A DNA stretch of 64,000 nt from Alphaproteobacteria bacterium (GTDB lineage Bacteria > Pseudomonadota > Alphaproteobacteria > GM7ARS4 > G965262615): the NCBI GenBank assembly GCA_965262615.1, contig OZ253545.1, forward strand, positions 1,024,001 through 1,088,000, in the 5' to 3' direction. Positions 62,428 to 64,000 of this stretch are shown in pieces. The first letter of the stretch is position 1. Every line of letters starts with the position of its first letter. The position numbers and the translations under genes are program-made. Below the pieces are notes generated by a model that saw only the letters and a program-made list of their open reading frames with translations, had not been told where the DNA came from and made no database searches.

Positions 62428-63202
62428 CCACTGTCATCTTGATTGGCACTCACTGCGAGACGAGACCGATGACATCGTGCAGCGCGCCGCGCACAATAAA
62501 ATCGGGCGTTTGTTGACCATTGCCATTGATGAAGAATCCATCAAGCGCAGCATCGCTTTGGCGGCGCGTTATGATGGAATTTTTTGCTCGGTGGGGGTTC
62601 ATCCGTTGTCTGTGGCGCACCACGCGCCTTTTGATGAGAAGTTTTTATTGCAATGGGCGGGCGAGCCCAAAGTCATTGCTCTGGGTGAGACCGGACTGGA
62701 CTACCTCAAAGGCGGTGACAATAAGTCACAACAACGCAAAGCCTTTAGGGCACATATTGAGGCATCGCGGCAGTCGGGGTTGCCCATCATCATTCATATG
62801 CGGGATGCCGAAGAAGATCTCATCGCACTGTTGCGTGATGAATACAAACAAGACGAAAACGGGCGCAGTGGCATTCTCCATTGTTTTGATGGCGGGGCTG
62901 ACCTTCTTGACTGTGCCTTGCGGCGAGGATTTTATGTGTCACTGTCCGGCTTGGTGACCTTTGCAAAGAGAGATGATTTGCGCGCGCTCATCAAAGAACA
63001 CATACCACTCAATCGCCTGTTGCTGGAGACGGATTCACCGTTTCTTGCTCCCCAGCCTCACAGAGGCAAACGCAACGAGCCTGCTTTTTTGTTGCACACG
63101 GCGCGCACGGTGGCAGCTATTAAAGATGTGGAACTGGATGAATTGGCGCGCGTGACCTCATCTAATTTTGACCATTTATTTGCTTTATCCCATGCCTCAT
63201 GA
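62414..63202 (+). CDS. TatD-family nuclease
   Basis: DSHCH, GVHP, GETGLDY, HCF, ETDSPFLAP. Confidence 0.95.
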   Translation: MFVDSHCHLDWHSLRDETDDIVQRAAHNKIGRLLTIAIDEESIKRSIALAARYDGIFCSVGVHPLSVAHHAPFDEKFLLQWAGEPKVIALGETGLDYLKGGDNKSQQRKAFRAHIEASRQSGLPIIIHMRDAEEDLIALLRDEYKQDENGRSGILHCFDGGADLLDCALRRGFYVSLSGLVTFAKRDDLRALIKEHIPLNRLLLETDSPFLAPQPHRGKRNEPAFLLHTARTVAAIKDVELDELARVTSSNFDHLFALSHAS

Positions 63203-63986
63203 GACCCCCCATGAGACCACTGTCACTTTTTTAGGGTGTGGCACATCCAGTGGGGTGCCGTTGCTGGGCAATCGCTGGGGAGCGTGTGACCCCGAAAATC
63301 CCAAAAACCGCCGCACACGCTCTTCGGTCATGATTGAACGGGGCGGCACTCGTCTGCTCATTGATGCCACGCCCGATGTGCGCGCTCAGCTGCTTGCCCA
63401 TGATATTAATCACATTGATGCCTTGCTTATCACTCATTGCCATGCCGATCACATCGGCGGACTGGATGATTTGCGCGGCTTGAATAGTCTCATGCAAAAG
63501 CCCATTGATCTCTACAGTGAGGCATCGTGTCTTGATATCATTCAAAGGCGTATTCCTTACGCTTTTGCCGATGAGCCTCCCACTTGTTATGTGAAGCCGT
63601 CTTTTATCCCCCATGCTTTGGACACGGAGGGGACACTGTCTTTGGGAGCGTTTTCCATTGTCTATTTTGAGCAGCATCATGGTTCGGGATATTCCACAGG
63701 CTTTCGCTTTGGCACTGTTGCCTATTGCACCGATGTGTCGGATTTATCGCCGCGCGCGCTTCATCATCTGCAAGAGGTGGATGTGTGGATTGTGGATTGT
63801 TTGCGGGCGCGCCGTCCTCATCCGTCTCATGCCATTTTGCCGCAAGTCCTGCAGTGGCGAGAGGTCATCGGATGCCGTCAGGTGATTTTGACACATTTGG
63901 GAGCAGAAAGTGACTATGAAAGCATGGAGGCAATGACACCGCCCGATGTTTCATTGGCGTGGGATGGGCGGGTTGTGTCTGTATAG
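63192..63986 (+). CDS. PhnP-like metallo-beta-lactamase-fold hydrolase
   Basis: LGCGTSSGVP, THCHADHIGG, YCTD, LTH. Confidence 0.93.
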   Translation: MPHETPHETTVTFLGCGTSSGVPLLGNRWGACDPENPKNRRTRSSVMIERGGTRLLIDATPDVRAQLLAHDINHIDALLITHCHADHIGGLDDLRGLNSLMQKPIDLYSEASCLDIIQRRIPYAFADEPPTCYVKPSFIPHALDTEGTLSLGAFSIVYFEQHHGSGYSTGFRFGTVAYCTDVSDLSPRALHHLQEVDVWIVDCLRARRPHPSHAILPQVLQWREVIGCRQVILTHLGAESDYESMEAMTPPDVSLAWDGRVVSV

Positions 63987-64000
63987 ACAATAAAACAGGC

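Noticed and set aside
63198-63218. CATGAGACC duplication at the start of the MBL hydrolase (HET x2)
   Set aside because: Short slippage in a non-conserved N-terminus

Overview
Very compact, housekeeping-dense alphaproteobacterial chromosome segment, almost all on the + strand with many overlapping stop/start codons. It runs from the 3' part of rpoC through the str/S10/spc/alpha ribosomal cluster, rarA-rluA-ATP12, pccBA, rlmN-argG, dusB-trkA-dat-hflX, hemH, scpAB-tatABC-serS, uxs/ugd, tpiA-secG-pyrG-kdsA-eno, nadA-nadC and mltB-rlpA-dacA-tmk-holB-metG-tatD-MBL. I found no rRNA, tRNA, CRISPR array, transposase or integrase. Two visibly AT-richer accessory inserts stand out. (1) Between rpoC and rpsL is a single gene fusing ankyrin repeats, an acidic Tyr-repeat linker and a RecD/Dda-like SF1B helicase; this is the best candidate for an undescribed system. 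(2) After serS is a three-gene membrane/Sel1-repeat island whose 108-bp repeats look recently duplicated and shuffled. Other observations: a recurring -35/-10/6-nt/ATG (leaderless) promoter layout, a -1 frameshift in the serS tail, ugd and tpiA start codons sharing one CATG, an amphipathic tail on L17, and absence of ntrBC/ntrYX/hfq/nadB from their usual operons. A streamlined, host-associated lifestyle is inferred, not shown. Start codons were refined by eye and protein identities come from motif recognition, not database searches.
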